The notes beneath the pieces are model-generated. The model was not told the origin of the DNA. It made no database searches and was given only the letters and a program-made list of their open reading frames with translations. A DNA stretch of 64,000 nt from Octopus sinensis (Eukaryota): NCBI RefSeq assembly GCF_006345805.1, contig NC_043017.1, positions 9,486,001 through 9,550,000 of the forward strand, written 5' to 3'. The position numbers and the translations under genes were made by a program. Positions 36,301-49,655 of the stretch are shown piece after piece (the first letter of the stretch is position 1; each line of letters begins with the position of its first letter).

Positions 36301-37090
36301 CCTTTAATCAAAGGTATTCAAGCCGTGATTATCTCTTCATTTTTCAACATGCACTGAACCCTCAACCACATTACCAAGCGCGTCCTTTTCTAAAATGTTA
36401 AGGCTTGATTTGAGGGAGTTCACTTGCTATTTTTAGCAGATCTAGAGACCACGTAGAAGCTTCCACGTAAGCTCGCTACTCCTTTTGTGTAACAGGTATA
36501 ATGCATTATTCAGCAGTAAATATGTCTAATTCTTTGTGAAGGGCTTCATAATTAAATTAATGAAATATAATAATTAATATTAAAATAGAAAATTCCCCAC
36601 CCACAAAATCGCTTGGTATTCGTCTAAATAAAACGACGGAAAAGTAACAGCCATGACTAACTTTATCAAACATGCCATCACCAGGGGAAAACATGATAAG
36701 CCAACAACAGAGCGCTTCTACGTGGTCGTTCGACATGCTAGGAATAAGAGTCATAATCACCTCAGTTCACTCTCTGCTGTCCAGAAAAAAAAAATAGAGG
36801 GAAAGATATTTCATATAATGCAGTCCTTCTATGATACATTACCCAATGTATCTAAAACTGCATTATCCAAGAGGGTGATGAGGCGGTAGCTTTACCTGTT
36901 ATTTCTAGCACGAAAACAGGGTCTCTCGTTAACTTAATATCCTTTTATCTCTGGTTTTATGCTTAGCAAAGATAACTGTAGTTTACTTTTTTAACACAAT
37001 TGGAAGCAAATTTGGTGATTTTTCTCTGTCATTAAAACAAAAATACTAGTAGTTTTTTTTCTTATTTATCATTTTATTTTGAGAACCTGA
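30400..37090 (+). repeat. Diverged direct tandem duplication: copy 1 ~30400-33840, copy 2 ~34200-37090
   Basis: Collinear matches: 30420/34209, 30541/34321, 30850/34660, 31340/35125, 31900/35655, 32905/36215, 33230/36520 and 33690/36960. Confidence 0.88.
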
Positions 37091-38684
37091 CATTGTGAAA
37101 AGCGCCTCAGCGAAACCCACCCCATGCCACCCTATCAAGTAAAACTTGTGTTTGCATGCTTAGGGCAGATATAGATTTAAATCAATTGCCTGGGGTACTC
37201 GATAAAAAGAAAACACCTTGCCCTTCTCTGCAAATTTGATGACAACGATGATAGTGATATATCGGCAGTTATAATGATGTAATAATATGTATGGATACAT
37301 TACAGTGATTGTGAAAAAGAACCAACCATAGCTAAGTTTGCTAAACATACGACCAGAGATAGAACGTGATAAGCTAAGAAGAGAGCTCTATGCGGTCGTT
37401 CGACATAAGAAAAATAACAGCCCAAACTACCTCATAATACTCTCTGCTGTCCGATAAAAAATAAAAGGCGGCGAAGAATACATTAGGGATCTTTTCGGTT
37501 TGAACGGCAGTTTTTTCTAGCGGCGTCATATGAAATTGTCACCCATAATTATGACCCTAGTGTCGATCTATTGCATTTCAATCTGTTTTAGGGTTAGGGT
37601 TAGAGTTAGGGGTGGGGGAAGGTTATCTTTTTTTCTTCACAAATGTAAATAAACCCAATCTGTTTCTTAAACGAGGGACATATTCATACGGCACAGAATG
37701 TTTTCACCTCAATAGACGTCATTGATTGGTTGAAATTGCAGAAATTGAAGAAAAAACAACAAATATCTTACAAACTATAGAATTTTCTCAATAAAGCCAA
37801 GAGAAAAAGAGGTTTTATAATACGTTGTCTAGGGTATTTTGGATAAAATTAACCAAGAGACTAACGGAGACTAGCTTTGGCTATTATTGTTTGTGTGTCA
37901 GACGACCATGCAGAAAGGGCTCTCTGATCAACTTATTTTTTCATCTCTGGTTGTATGGTTGGCAATTATACCTACCTATGGTTAATTCTTTACAATTCTA
38001 ATTTGGCCAATTTCAAACGATTTTGTGGGGATTTTTCTAGTTTAATATTAGTGATTATGTTTTCAAATACCGACGAGGTCGACTTTGCCTTTCATCCTTT
38101 CGGGGTCGATGATATATGTACAGTTAATTGGTCAATGTTACTGGCTAGCCCCCTCCCCCAAAATCTCAGGCCTTGTGACTATAGAAGGATTAATTATATT
38201 TGAGTGTGAAAACCTACACAAAGAATCAAGCATTTATATTTACTATTTAAAGACATATCTTTTTTCCATAAGGAGTAACGAGTCTATGTGAAAGCTCCTA
38301 CGTGGTCTCTAGATCTGCTGGAAATAACGGAGTTTCCTCAAATCAAACCGTAGCATTTTGGGAAAGGTCATGTTGGATGATGTAAGCCTGTGTTCTCTGA
38401 ACGTGGAAAGAAGACGAGATGCTCGCGGTTGGAATGCATTTCTTTGGAAGTCTGTATCGGGCTAAACAATAACATTTATTGAAAAGAACTTTGTACAACA
38501 ACAATGGCGACACTGGATCTGAAAGAAGGAAATGATAAAACTGTTCTATATTTTGGGGATGAGGAATTATGTACATTATTTACAATGGACGGATAGGTGT
38601 TCCTACCTTGTTTGTTGTTATCACAACGTTTCGGCTGATGTTCTCTCCATTAGTCAAATAAAGGGTCGGGTTCGAAATTCCACC

Positions 38685-38735
38685 AAAACACCTGATGAAG
38701 GCTGGAGAGTACGTCAGCCGAAATGTTGTGATAAC
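38685..38735 (+). ncRNA. Minimal type-I hammerhead-ribozyme-like motif within a Penelope-like foldback
   Basis: ACAC-CTGATGA-A-GGCTG(gagagtacgt)CAGCC-GAAA-TGTT-GTG: catalytic boxes, a perfect 5-bp helix II and a short helix I (CAC/GTG). The inverted arm at 38625 keeps the palindromic AACGTT. Confidence 0.55.
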
Positions 38736-40936
38736 AACAAACAAGGTGAGGATACCTTTCCATCTGTTGTAAATAATGTAAGGAAATGATAGTCTTAACG
38801 CAGGCATGGCTGTATGGTAAAGAAACTTCGCTTAGCAACCACATGCTTTCAATTCGATCCCTATGTGCATTACTTTTGGGCTAATATTTTTAATGATGGC
38901 TTTGAGTTGACTCATGCTTTGCGAGTGCAATTTGTTAGATGGAAACTATACATATGTATGTATGTGCAGTTTGCCGAAACTTCGAAGTCACTATCAACCC
39001 TCTTTATGTAAAAGTTTATAAACGTGTAATCTACTAAAGAGTATTGAGTAACCCTTAAGTTTAATGCTAACTTGTGTATGTGTGTATATAATGTGTTTGA
39101 AAGATGTGGTTTCTTTGGTTTATTTGTTCCTAATCAAAACTTATTTTAGTGCTGTTGACACCGACGGATTGAATGGTACTGCTCAGGTGTCGAAACAATA
39201 ATGATATCCGTTGGGCAGCTGATGGTGGAGGTATGTTGGATTGTTGGTATGACTGTTTTTGTATATGTGGAATAGTATTATAACACATCCTATCCCCTCT
39301 ACACACATTGTCCCCAAGACAAGTGGTTGGCTTGTTAACGTCGAGTCGGAGCATGGCCGCTCTCCAATGGCTGAAACAACTAAAAAACAAAGATAACAGA
39401 AGCATCTTAGATGCGAATTCGGTTACAACAGAAGATTAAGACGATTTGAAAAAGGTTTTTACATCAAAGTATCAAATAAAAGATTAATAAAAGTATTCAG
39501 TCTAGCCTTGGCTGGATATTTCTAATACTGGAATATGGCGGTCTTCGGTTTTAAGTACATAACATCTGCGGTATTGATAACGAAACCAAAATAATCAGGG
39601 GAAATGCAAAAGCTTGATTGGTATCCGAGTAAGCGAAACGAATATAAACAGATAAAAGTCATTTATTAAATCTTATTAAATATATGTATTAATTTGATAT
39701 TCTCTTCGGTTAAATCTTCGCAAATTTCTTTTATAACTTCCTCGGAAAGTTTCCGTTATTCTTATTTTTTGGCTTCGCTTTAATTTCTACAAGCTGCGCC
39801 TAAGTCTCTACCAGCGATGTCAAGAAACAAGATATTTGCATATTTAAATGCTGACAGGTGAAATGCCATACAACTGGAAAAAAATGATGTCTGAATGTAA
39901 AAAAAAATCTCTTTATTAAATTTATAATAACACTGGATAAACTTTCATTTACATGGAAAGAAATAGGGGCTGGGGTTTTTTTTTTTCTTGTAAACCTTAT
40001 TAAGATTTGGTTAAGCGTTTAAAGAAGTGTAACGGTATGATTATTATTTTATTTGTTGGCTTTCGACGTTACTTTTATAACTTCATCATTAAAGTTAAAA
40101 CAATAGTGTTCCCTCTTAAACTGTAAAATCTTTTAATAAATAAAAAAAAAATAGTCCTAACAGGTTACTAAATAGGTTATTTATTGTGACTTTTAAGCAT
40201 TTACATATTATTCGTTCCGCTTACTCGGGATATCTAAGTTCCTTTATTTTTGTATTTTCCCAAATTGTTTTGGTTTCGTTATTAGTCCTGCAGCGAGCTG
40301 GCAGAACTGTCAGCACGCCGGGCGAAATGCTTAACAGTATTTCGTCTGCCGCTACGTTCCGAGTTCAAATTCCGCCGAGATCGACTTTCCCTTTCATCCT
40401 TTCGGGGTCGATAAATTAAGGACCAGTTATGCACTGGGGTCGATATAAATTACTTAATCCGTTTGTCTGTCCTTGTTTGTCCTCTCTGTGTGGATAGTAA
40501 AGAAATAGGTAGAATCGTTAGCAAGCCGGACGAAATGTTTAGCGATATTTCTTCCGACTTTACGTTCTGATTTTAAATTTCGTCGAAGTCGAGTTTGCTA
40601 TTTATCCTTTCGGAGTCAATAGAATAAGTACCAGCTGAGCACTGGGGATCGATGTAATCGACTCGCCCTCTTTCCTAAAATTGCTAGCCAGGTACCAAAG
40701 TTAGAATGAATGATTAGTTCCGCAAATACATATACCCGAAACCAAAGATCGCTCTACAATATTCTTGTTGCTATTTGTTGTTGTTGACGACTGCTTTATA
40801 TGCCACAAGGCCAACAGACATAACTTTATTGTACTAGCCTGGGCTGGATCTAAGTTTTTATCTAACACTTGAAGTTATTGCCAATGACAAGGCTGCAGTC
40901 CAATGACTGAAACCAACAAAAGAATTTTAAAAAATT

Positions 40937-41093
40937 TAATGGCCTAGTGGTTAGGGCAGCGGACTCGCGGTCGCAGGATCGCGGTTTCGATTCTCAGACA
41001 GGGCGTTGTGTGTGTTTATTGAGCGAAAACACCTAAAAGCTCTACGAGGCTCCGGCAGGGGGTGGTGATCCCTGCTGTACTCTTTCACCACAA
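40937..41093 (+). mobile_element. tRNA-derived SINE family E
   Basis: TGGCCTAGTGGTTAGGGC (A box) ... GGTTTCGATTC (B box) head with a non-tRNA body. A second copy lies in opposite orientation at ~42970-43140. Confidence 0.75.
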
Positions 41094-42764
41094 TGGCGGT
41101 GCCCCAGCATGGCCACAGCTCAAGAGCTGAAACTGGAAAAAACAAAAACAAAAAAACAAAACAATATTTTACTTAAGTAAAGGAATATATATATATTTTT
41201 AACAAGGAATTTGTTATGTGTGTGTATATCAGTAGGATTTTCTTTTATTTGTCTGTCATTTGACTGCGACCATGCTGGAGCACCTTTAATCGAGGAAATC
41301 GACCCCAGGTCTTATTCTTTGTAAGCCTAGTACTTATTCCATCGGTCTCTTTTGCCGAACCGCTAAGTTACGGAGGACGTAAACACACAACATCCATTGT
41401 CAAGCAATGGTGGTGGTGGGGGGAAACACAGACACACACACTCACACACACACACACACCACACACACACACACACACACACGCACGTATTCATATAAAG
41501 GACAGGCTTATTTCAGTTTTCGTCTACCAAATCCACTCACAAGGCTTCAGTTGACCCAACGCTATAGTAGAAGACACTTGTCCAAGGTGCCATGCAGTGG
41601 AACTGAACCTGGAACCATATGGCTGGCAAGCAAGCTACTTACCACACAGCCACCCCTATCATATCACCAAATCAGCTTGATGATTATTATCTATGGTCAA
41701 GACACCTAATAATCAAAACTCACCTGTGGACAGCAACACCTACCTGGCTGTAAATAGGTAAATTGCAGGGTGACTTAAATTCACAAACCACCATCATCAT
41801 CATCATTGTTTTAACATCCACTTTTCCACGCTTGTATGGGTTGAACGGAATTTACTGAGGCAGATGTTTTTTATGGCTGGGTGCTCTTCCTGTTGCCAAT
41901 CCTAATTACCTTGCTTGGGAGCAGGTGAGGGTTGGTGACAGGGAATGCATCCAGCTGGAGAAAGTTTGCCTCAAAAAACTCTCTAACATAGAAGTAGCTG
42001 TGTGGTAAGTAGCTTGCTTACGAACCACATGGTTCCGGGTTCAGTCCCACTGCGTGGCACCTTGGGCAAGTGTCTTCTACTATAGCCTCGGGCTGACCAA
42101 AGCCTTGTGAGTGGATTTGGTAGACGGAAACTGAAAGAAGCCTGTCGTATATATATATATATATGCATGTGTGTGTTTGTATGCCTGTGTTTGTCCCCCA
42201 ACATCGTATGACCATCAATGCTGGTGTGTTTACGTCCCCGTAACTTAGCGGTTCGGCAAAAGAGGCTGATAGAATAAGTACTGGGCTTACAAAGAATAAG
42301 TCCTGGGGTCGATTTGCTCGACTAAAGGCGGTGCTCCAGCATGGCCACAGTCAAATGACTGAAACAAATAAAAGAGTAAAAAGAGAGTAACCTATGCAAA
42401 CATGGAAAAGTAGGCATTAAAATGATGATGATGTGGAGGGGGACGATGATGATATGCCTCAAAAGACAGATTGCAATGGATCTAAAATAAATTTTATGTC
42501 TCCTCTCTTTGATCAAGACTGACCTGAGGCTAATCAATATTAGCAGGTAACAGGATTCATTTAATTCTATTTATATTAAACAATATATATCCATCACCTC
42601 TGTAGAGGTCATCATTTAATTTTATTTTTTAATTGCATTTATGAACAATAAACCTCATTGGAATGTTTTAGCTTAAAAAGGAATCCAAATGGACCGTGGA
42701 ATGTCTGTTTCACCAAAAACTAATCAATAATTATTTTTATACATCATGCATTTGCATATATGTG

Positions 42765-42960
42765 GAATCGTGGAAGCACTCCGTCGGTTACGACGACGAG
42801 GGTTCCGGTTGATCTGAATCAACAGAACAGCCTGCTCGTGAAATTAACGTGTAAGTGGCTGAGCACTCCACAGACACGTGTACCCTAAACGTAGTTCTCA
42901 GGGATATTCAGCATGACACAGAGAGTGACAAGGCCGGCCCTTTGAAATACAGGTACAACA
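42765..42960 (+). mobile_element. Dispersed repeat family D
   Basis: GAACAGCCTGCTCGTGAAATTAACGTGTAAGTGGCTGAG is shared with ~45260-45400 and with a copy split by a SINE at 58880-58980 / 59400-59600. Confidence 0.7.
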
Positions 42961-43249
42961 GAAACAGAAAGTTGTGGTGAAAGAGTACAGCAGGGATCAC
43001 CACCATCCCCTGCCGGAGCCTCGTGGAGCTTCTAGGTGTTTTCGCTCAATAAACACTCACAACGCCCGGTCTGGGAATCGAAACCGCGATCCTATGACCG
43101 CGAGTCCGCTGCCCTAACCACTGGGCCATTGCGCCTCCACTGCATATATGTGTGTGTGTCTGTGTATGAGTGTACACACACACACACACTTATGTTTAAA
43201 TGTGTGTATGTATATATCTATGTAAGTCCTGATTAAAGGCCTGTGAAAT

Positions 43250-43490
43250 GCGGGATGCTAACTGGGAGAGCAGTGCTTGTCATTGCCATGGATGGAGGAA
43301 ATGGGTAAAGGAGGGAGTCAATACCTTTGAAAGAGCACGTATTCTTCATGAAGAATTTAAACATGCTGCTCAAAAGCACATTGCTAGTATAACGAACAGG
43401 GAAAGCTTGGTCTGCAATGTTTGCAGTCGTGTATGTTTGTCAAGAGCAGGGCTTGTTGGTCACCAATGGAACCGCAAGTGTAAAGTATAC
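43250..43490 (+). mobile_element. RTE-type LINE 3' end fragment
   Basis: WE..A..C.GWRKWVKEGVNTFE..R....CNVCSRVCLSRAGLVGH is a typical RTE C-terminal Cys/His motif. Confidence 0.65.
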
Positions 43491-43858
43491 GGTAGTCTTG
43501 AGCACACAATGTTCCTAAAGGTCAGTGCTGGGTCTTTTCAGTCACAAGTGGACGGCCATCACATTATGGACTCTCCTGTCGTTAGAAGATGCATGAGAGT
43601 TCTGCAATTTCTTGCTGGACAACCTCATGGATGATCTGTTGATGGTGATCAAATGTTTGTGTTCACATATGCGCTCGCCCCCTCCATCTAATCAACATTA
43701 CCTGTACAGGTGCACAATGTGCTACATATCAGATGACAAAATGATTGCAGAGCAGTGTGAAATGAAGTAAAATACAAAGCAGAGGCTGGTCTGGGAATTG
43801 AAACCATGATCTCACAATCAGGAATGCAACACCTTAACCACTAAGCCATGCAACTTCA

Positions 43859-43892
<34 letters not shown>

Positions 43893-43899
43893 GTCTGGT

Positions 43900-44330
43900 G
43901 TTTACATTTTGTGTCCTTTACATCTCCTGCTGTGGCTGTGTAGTCCTATCCTGGACAAACACTCCCTCTGGCAGGTGATGCAGATGTAACGAAGCTTTTT
44001 AGAGCAGCACTGAAGTGTCCTCTCCAGTTTTGCGCAGGCCTGGGCTAGATATAAGAAAATCCTGAGTAGCCCAATCGTCAGGATTCCTCTCTCAACCTTG
44101 CTGACGTAGTCCAAAGGAGTGCAGAGCATTATGTTTGGCACCAGCTTGGTTGCAGGAGCTGCCAGAAGAGTGTTGAGTCGAACACTAAACCACCTACGGG
44201 GCTCCACTCCGGATTTCTTTGAAGGTTGTCTCCTTTCTGTAAGCCTGGATAGGGGCCCATACCGGGTACTGTCAGCCGGAGCCAGCTGACCCGTGACTCG
44301 TGTCTGGCAGGGTTGTCACTCCCTGAAGTA
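43900..44330 (-). mobile_element. RTE-type LINE 3' end fragment
   Basis: YICITCQRECLSRIGLHSHSRRC followed by an (AG)n tract. Confidence 0.6.
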
Positions 44331-44404
44331 GTGAAGAAAATCGCTACCTACTACCCATCAAGGCTAGTATATGTATGTATGTATGTATGTATATGTATAT
44401 AGAG

Positions 44405-44530
44405 GTATTTTCAAAACAAAGCTGGATCTTCTTCTGTTAACAGTTCCAGAGGAGCCTACCTCATGACAGGAAATGCAGATGAGGGCAGCAGCATGAAACT
44501 CCCTCATTCACCAAATTCCACATTTCAAAG
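44405..44530 (+). mobile_element. CR1/L2-like LINE extreme 3' relic
   Basis: Translates to FKTKLDLLLLTVPEEPT, resembling the FK.KLD.FL..VPD.P end of these ORF2 proteins. Confidence 0.45.
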
Positions 44531-46799
44531 GAAGTTTCAAGTACTGAAGGTGTTGCAAAGTTAATGGTGGTGCCCCAGCATGGTCGCAGCTCAAAAGCTG
44601 AAGCTATTACCTAGCATTACCTAACACACACATATATATATATGTGTGCGTGTGTGCATTTGTGTGTTATATAATGTTATATAACATGTTTAAACTATTT
44701 GTAATTGACATATATGAATGTATATATAATTGACATATTTTGGCAATTAAACTTGGAATTTTAAACTGCAGGATTCATGCATCATGACGCAGAGTGTTTT
44801 TCAGTGCACAGGATATGCAGTGCAAGTCCAGAGGGAAGAGGGTGTGTGTGTGTGTGTGGTGAAGGAATGGGAATAGACACATAAAAATAAATGAAGAAAA
44901 ATTGATAAATTTTTTTCAAAAAACTTCAATAGTTTCTCTGTTAAGAAGATTAGTAGCCATGTTTCTTGTTGTTATCTGGAGTAGATGAGAGAAAATCCTA
45001 ATTGCTGATAGAATGCAACACTGTCTGTCTGCCAGACACACACACACACAGGCTTTTAATCCCTGGCTGTGTGTGATTAAGTAGTCTGTGCTTCCCATAA
45101 CCACATGGTCTCAAGTTCAGTCCCACATTGGGCAAGTGTCTTCTTCTATTGCCTTGGCCAACCAAAGCCTTGTGAGTGGATTTGTCAGACAGAAACTGAA
45201 AGAAGCCTGCCATACATGCGTATATACTACTGGTACTTTGTCAGTTATGATGACAAGGGTTCCAGTTGATCTGGTCAACGGAACAGCCACTTGTGAAATT
45301 AATGTGAAAGTGGCTGAGCACCCCACAGATATGCTTACCATTAAAGGGGGATTCAGTATGAAATAGAATGGCTGGCCCTTTCAATTATAGGCACAACTCA
45401 CTTGTGCTAGCTGAGTGAACTGGAACAATGTTAAAGCGTCTTGCTCAAGGACACAATGCACTGCCAGGAGTTGAACACACAACCTTATGGTCATGAGCCA
45501 AATACCCTAACCACTAAGCCATGAGCCTTCTTGATATATATATGTGTATAGACTGACTTCCATGCCGGTGGCACGTAAAAAGCACCATCCGAATCATGGC
45601 CGATGCCAGCGCCGCCATGACTGGCTTCCATGCCGGTGGCACGTAAAATGCACCAATCCGATCGTGGCCGTTGCCAGCCTCACCTGGCACGTAAAAAGCA
45701 CCCACTACACTCATGGAGTGGTTGGTGTTAGGAAGGGCATCCAGCTGTAGAAACACTGCCAGATCAGACTGGGCCTGGTGCAGCCTTCTGGCTTCCCAGA
45801 TCCCCGGTCGAACCGTCCAACCCATGCTAGCATGGAGAACAGACATTAAACGATGATGATGATGATATATATATATATGTGTGTGTAAATAATAATTATT
45901 TCTTTACTGCCCACAGGGTGCTAAACATAAAGTGGACAAACAAGGACAGACAAAGGGATTAAGTTGATTACATCGGCCCCAATGAAATGATTGTCTCTAC
46001 GTATCACATTGCTTGGTTGGTCATGAATTAGCTTTGGTTTGTGCAGTCAGACAGTTTGTTGTTCAAAATCCACAGTTACAGGAATACACTTAAAGGCTTG
46101 TAGAATATATTTGTATACGTGGAGGCATGGTGAGAATATTTCCTCTACCCTGATCAAGATGGCTCTAAATAGAGTCAAAATTTGGAGTGGTTACCACTGA
46201 TATTATATGCCTTTATCTTTGTAAGAGTGCTCCATTTTATCATGGGGTTACTTTCTCATATATCATTAAAAAAATCAGAAAATATGTAAAGTGTTTGGTG
46301 GAGGAAAGGAAAATTCAACAAAACTTTAAAAAATATTTTTTGCTGTCTTAAAGGTATATTTGAAACTTCGTTTTTATCCATGGAAAAGAGAAGAAAAAGA
46401 AAAAATTACGCTCTTTCACATTGAAATTTAAGTTGGTGGGTCAGTAGTAAACAAGCAAAAACAGGCACACTGGATTCCAAGCATTGTAGAGACAAACAGC
46501 CACCTGATAATTAACTTTGTATGAGAAGTATGAGAAGGCATTTTATTTTGTTTTCTTTTCTTTTGGTTGTGCTGTGAAGTTACATTGCAATTTTCTATCA
46601 ATATATCCACAATTAATAAACAAATCTATTTCACGCTTAATTGTATAAATTAGCTATAAATTAAAAAGACATGATAAAACATTTAAATTGTTATCTAAGT
46701 TCAGTTAATTACTAGACAATATATTTAGTATATTATTCAATATATTATTAGACAATAATTGGATTGGGTTGTCCGTAATCAGTCCACTGTAGAACGAAG

Positions 46800-47420
46800 G
46801 CCTCAGCATGTTCACTCAGTCCAACCATGGCCTGATGTGGAGACCATGAATTTGAGCTTACTTTGCTACACTGGCTCGATACGGCTTGGCAGAGGGATGT
46901 AGTTTTTTTTTTATATACAGGCTGAGCAAAGTTCAGAGAGCTCCTACCTCTGTTGGTAACTAAGGGCCTCTCTCTCAGAGTGAAAGACAGATGCCTGTGT
47001 GCGAACAGTTATGCTACACAGCAGTGAAACATGGGCTGTGACCACTGAGGACATGCACAGGCTTGAAAGAAATGAAGCTAGTATGCTTCACTGGATGTGC
47101 AGTGTCAGTGTACTTGTACGACAGAGTGTAAGCATCTTGGGAAAAAAGTTGGGCATAAGAGGTATTAGATGTGGTGTGCAAGACAGTCTGGTGATATGGT
47201 CATGTGATGTGTATGGACAAGAACAGCTGTGTAAAGAAGTGCCAATCTCTAACTGTAGAGGGAGCCTGTGGAAGGGGTAGACCCAGGAAGACATAGGACA
47301 AGGTGGTGAAGCATAATCTTTTGAATGCTGGACTGCATGGAGGCAATGACAAGTGACAGACCTTTGGCAATATGTGCTGCTTGAGAAGACCCGTGAAGCC
47401 AAGTGAAATTGTAGTTGTGG
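46800..47420 (+). mobile_element. RTE LINE fragment (RT thumb/C-terminal region)
   Basis: VMLHSSETWAVTTEDMHRLERNEASMLHWMC..LGIRGIRC and a downstream GRPRKT-like motif, with stops and frameshifts. Confidence 0.8.
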
Positions 47421-48674
47421 CTGATGCTGGTGTCATGTAACTGTCATTTGTGCCAGTGGCACATAAAAAGGACCCCTTGAAGGTTGGGCCTTACAGAGGC
47501 AATGACATGTGACCGAGACCTTTGATGATATGCCATGCTTGTGCAGATTTGTCAAGCCAAGTGAAATTGTAATTGTGCCTAAGGCCACAACTTTTTACAT
47601 TGTTTTCTGAATCTAAATGAATGAGTGTGATGTGTGAATCTACATTTAAACATGTTCTCAGTTAACCTGATGTGCATTTCTACAGTATGCTCTGACAATA
47701 CTAGATCTGCTCTGCATAGTTACTTTAGTTATTTTTAGATCTGAACAAATGTATGTGATATGTGAATTTAGGTTTAAAGATGTTTCCAGTTAACCTGATA
47801 TGTGTGTGTGTGCTTCTGTTTTTTTGTTTTTTTTCAGTAGTCTGCTAGGTAGTTGTACATCTGGTCTGTAAACTATTCCTTTCAACTGGCATTCTCCATT
47901 CAAAGGGCATCAAATCATGTCTTTGATATTGTCTGATATTTATACTTTCTTGGCTGTGTTAGAGATTTTTCATCATATGTTACCCATACATTTATAACTA
48001 TCCTTAACAGAATTTTTCTGTACAAAGCAAGAGAAGTACATACAGATTAAAGTTAAGTATATTGGGAGGGTTAAACCAGATAATTTTTCTGTGTCTATGT
48101 TTGTTGTTATTTGTTGTGGATTGGTATTTCAGCTTGGTGTCTAAACCATCATAACTACATCTCTTTCTCCCTCCTTTCCCCCTCTCTCTCTTTCACCAGA
48201 TGTTAAATGATGATGACCTGATACATATGCACACACATACATATATAAATATTGTTGATGTCACCATTCCCAAAACGTATATATACATACATACATAAAT
48301 ATATATATATATATAGTACAAAGTAAGATAGGAGTTATGGGTGTAACCCACTATGGGATATCATTTATCCAATATTCTGTTGGTAAAGTACCCAGATTCT
48401 TAATACATAAATGTTTTTAATTGCAATGCAATTAAGTCGTTTATTGCATTAAACGGGTGAAGGTAAAGAAATATTTTTACCGTAAATTTATAATACAAAT
48501 AAGAAAATGGAGAAACAAATTTGGTTTATTCATCAACTTACGGATATTATAATGTTGGATTATAATATTTTTGTATGCTTTTGAGGTTCTCATTTGTAAA
48601 ATGAATAAATAATCCAACATTATAATATCCGAAAGTTGATGAACAAACCAAATTTGTTTCTCCATTTTCTTATT

Positions 48675-48732
<58 letters not shown>

Positions 48733-48738
48733 ATATAT

Positions 48739-49610
48739 ATGAAGTGGTATCAAAAAGTTCCTAGACTAGTTCAGTAGTACACCAACAGATGGTAGCACAT
48801 GGTTGTGTGTGTGCAGTGACAGCTAGCAGTGATGTTGTGGTGTTTACTCTACAAGTTGTGAAATCTATGTTTTTGTGATCACGTGTGCATGCTGTAGTCT
48901 GTGACTTTGTCAATGAAAAGAACAAAAAGCCAACATGAAATATTTGTGTTAAACTTAGAAAGTCTGCTACAGAGACACTGAACATGCTTTGGTAAGCTTA
49001 CGACAACAAGGCAATGGGTCGTATGCAATGTTTCAAGTGGCACAGGTGCTTCAAAAGTGGAAGAATGTCCTTGGAAGACGAGGAGTGATCTGGAAGACCT
49101 GCCATGAGTGTCACCCTCAGAAATGTGGTATTGGGCATCAAGAATTCCTCCCCCAGGGCCAAACCGTCAATCGAGAGTTCTACTGCAATATTTTGAAGTG
49201 TTTGAAAGGAGACATTTGGTGAAAGTGACCAGAACTGTGGGGTGTGACGAATTGGATTCTTCACTAAGTTCTTCTCACTTGTGAGTTTCTTGCCAAAAAC
49301 AACATGGTATTGCTTCCGCAACCACCCTATTTACCAAATTTAGCACCTGCAGACTTCCATCTCTTCCCAAGGTGAAAATGCAGCTCAAAGGTTGTTGTTT
49401 TAACACTGTTGTTAAGATCCAGAGCAAATTGCTGAAGGTCTCGACTCACTTATGGAAGACAACTTCCAGGTCAGATTCCAAAAGTGGCAGGAACACTGGA
49501 ACCAATGTATTGCTGCACAAGGTAACAATTTCGAAGATGATGAGGTTAAAACTTAGCTAAATAAGTTATCTTTTATTAAACACAACTAGTCCTTTTGATA
49601 CCTCTTCATA
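48739..49610 (+). mobile_element. Mariner (DD34D-type) transposon, internally deleted
   Basis: TIR-like ends TA-TGAAGTGGTATCAAAAAG..ACTAGT and ACTAGT..TTTTGATACCTCTTCA-TA. Relic peptides KSATETLNML, QCFKWHRCFKSGR, HQEFLPQGQTVNREFYC and PPYLPNLAPADFHLFP. Confidence 0.82.
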
Positions 49611-49655
49611 TATATAATATATATACATATATATATATGCCTATATATATATATA

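Noticed and set aside
37585-37612. True telomere or chromosome fusion site
   Set aside because: There are only 3-4 degenerate units, embedded in a multi-copy dispersed element.
39150-39230. Cadherin-like exon (AVDTDGLNGTAQV)
   Set aside because: An in-frame stop follows three codons later, and no frame is open between the apparent acceptor and donor.
40937-41010. tRNA genes at SINE heads
   Set aside because: A/B boxes are present but there is no complete cloverleaf, and each head continues into a SINE body.
43248-44207. C2H2 zinc-finger genes
   Set aside because: The CxxC..SRxGLxxH motifs sit at the ends of RTE-type LINE fragments with repeat tails and are not tandem ZNF arrays.
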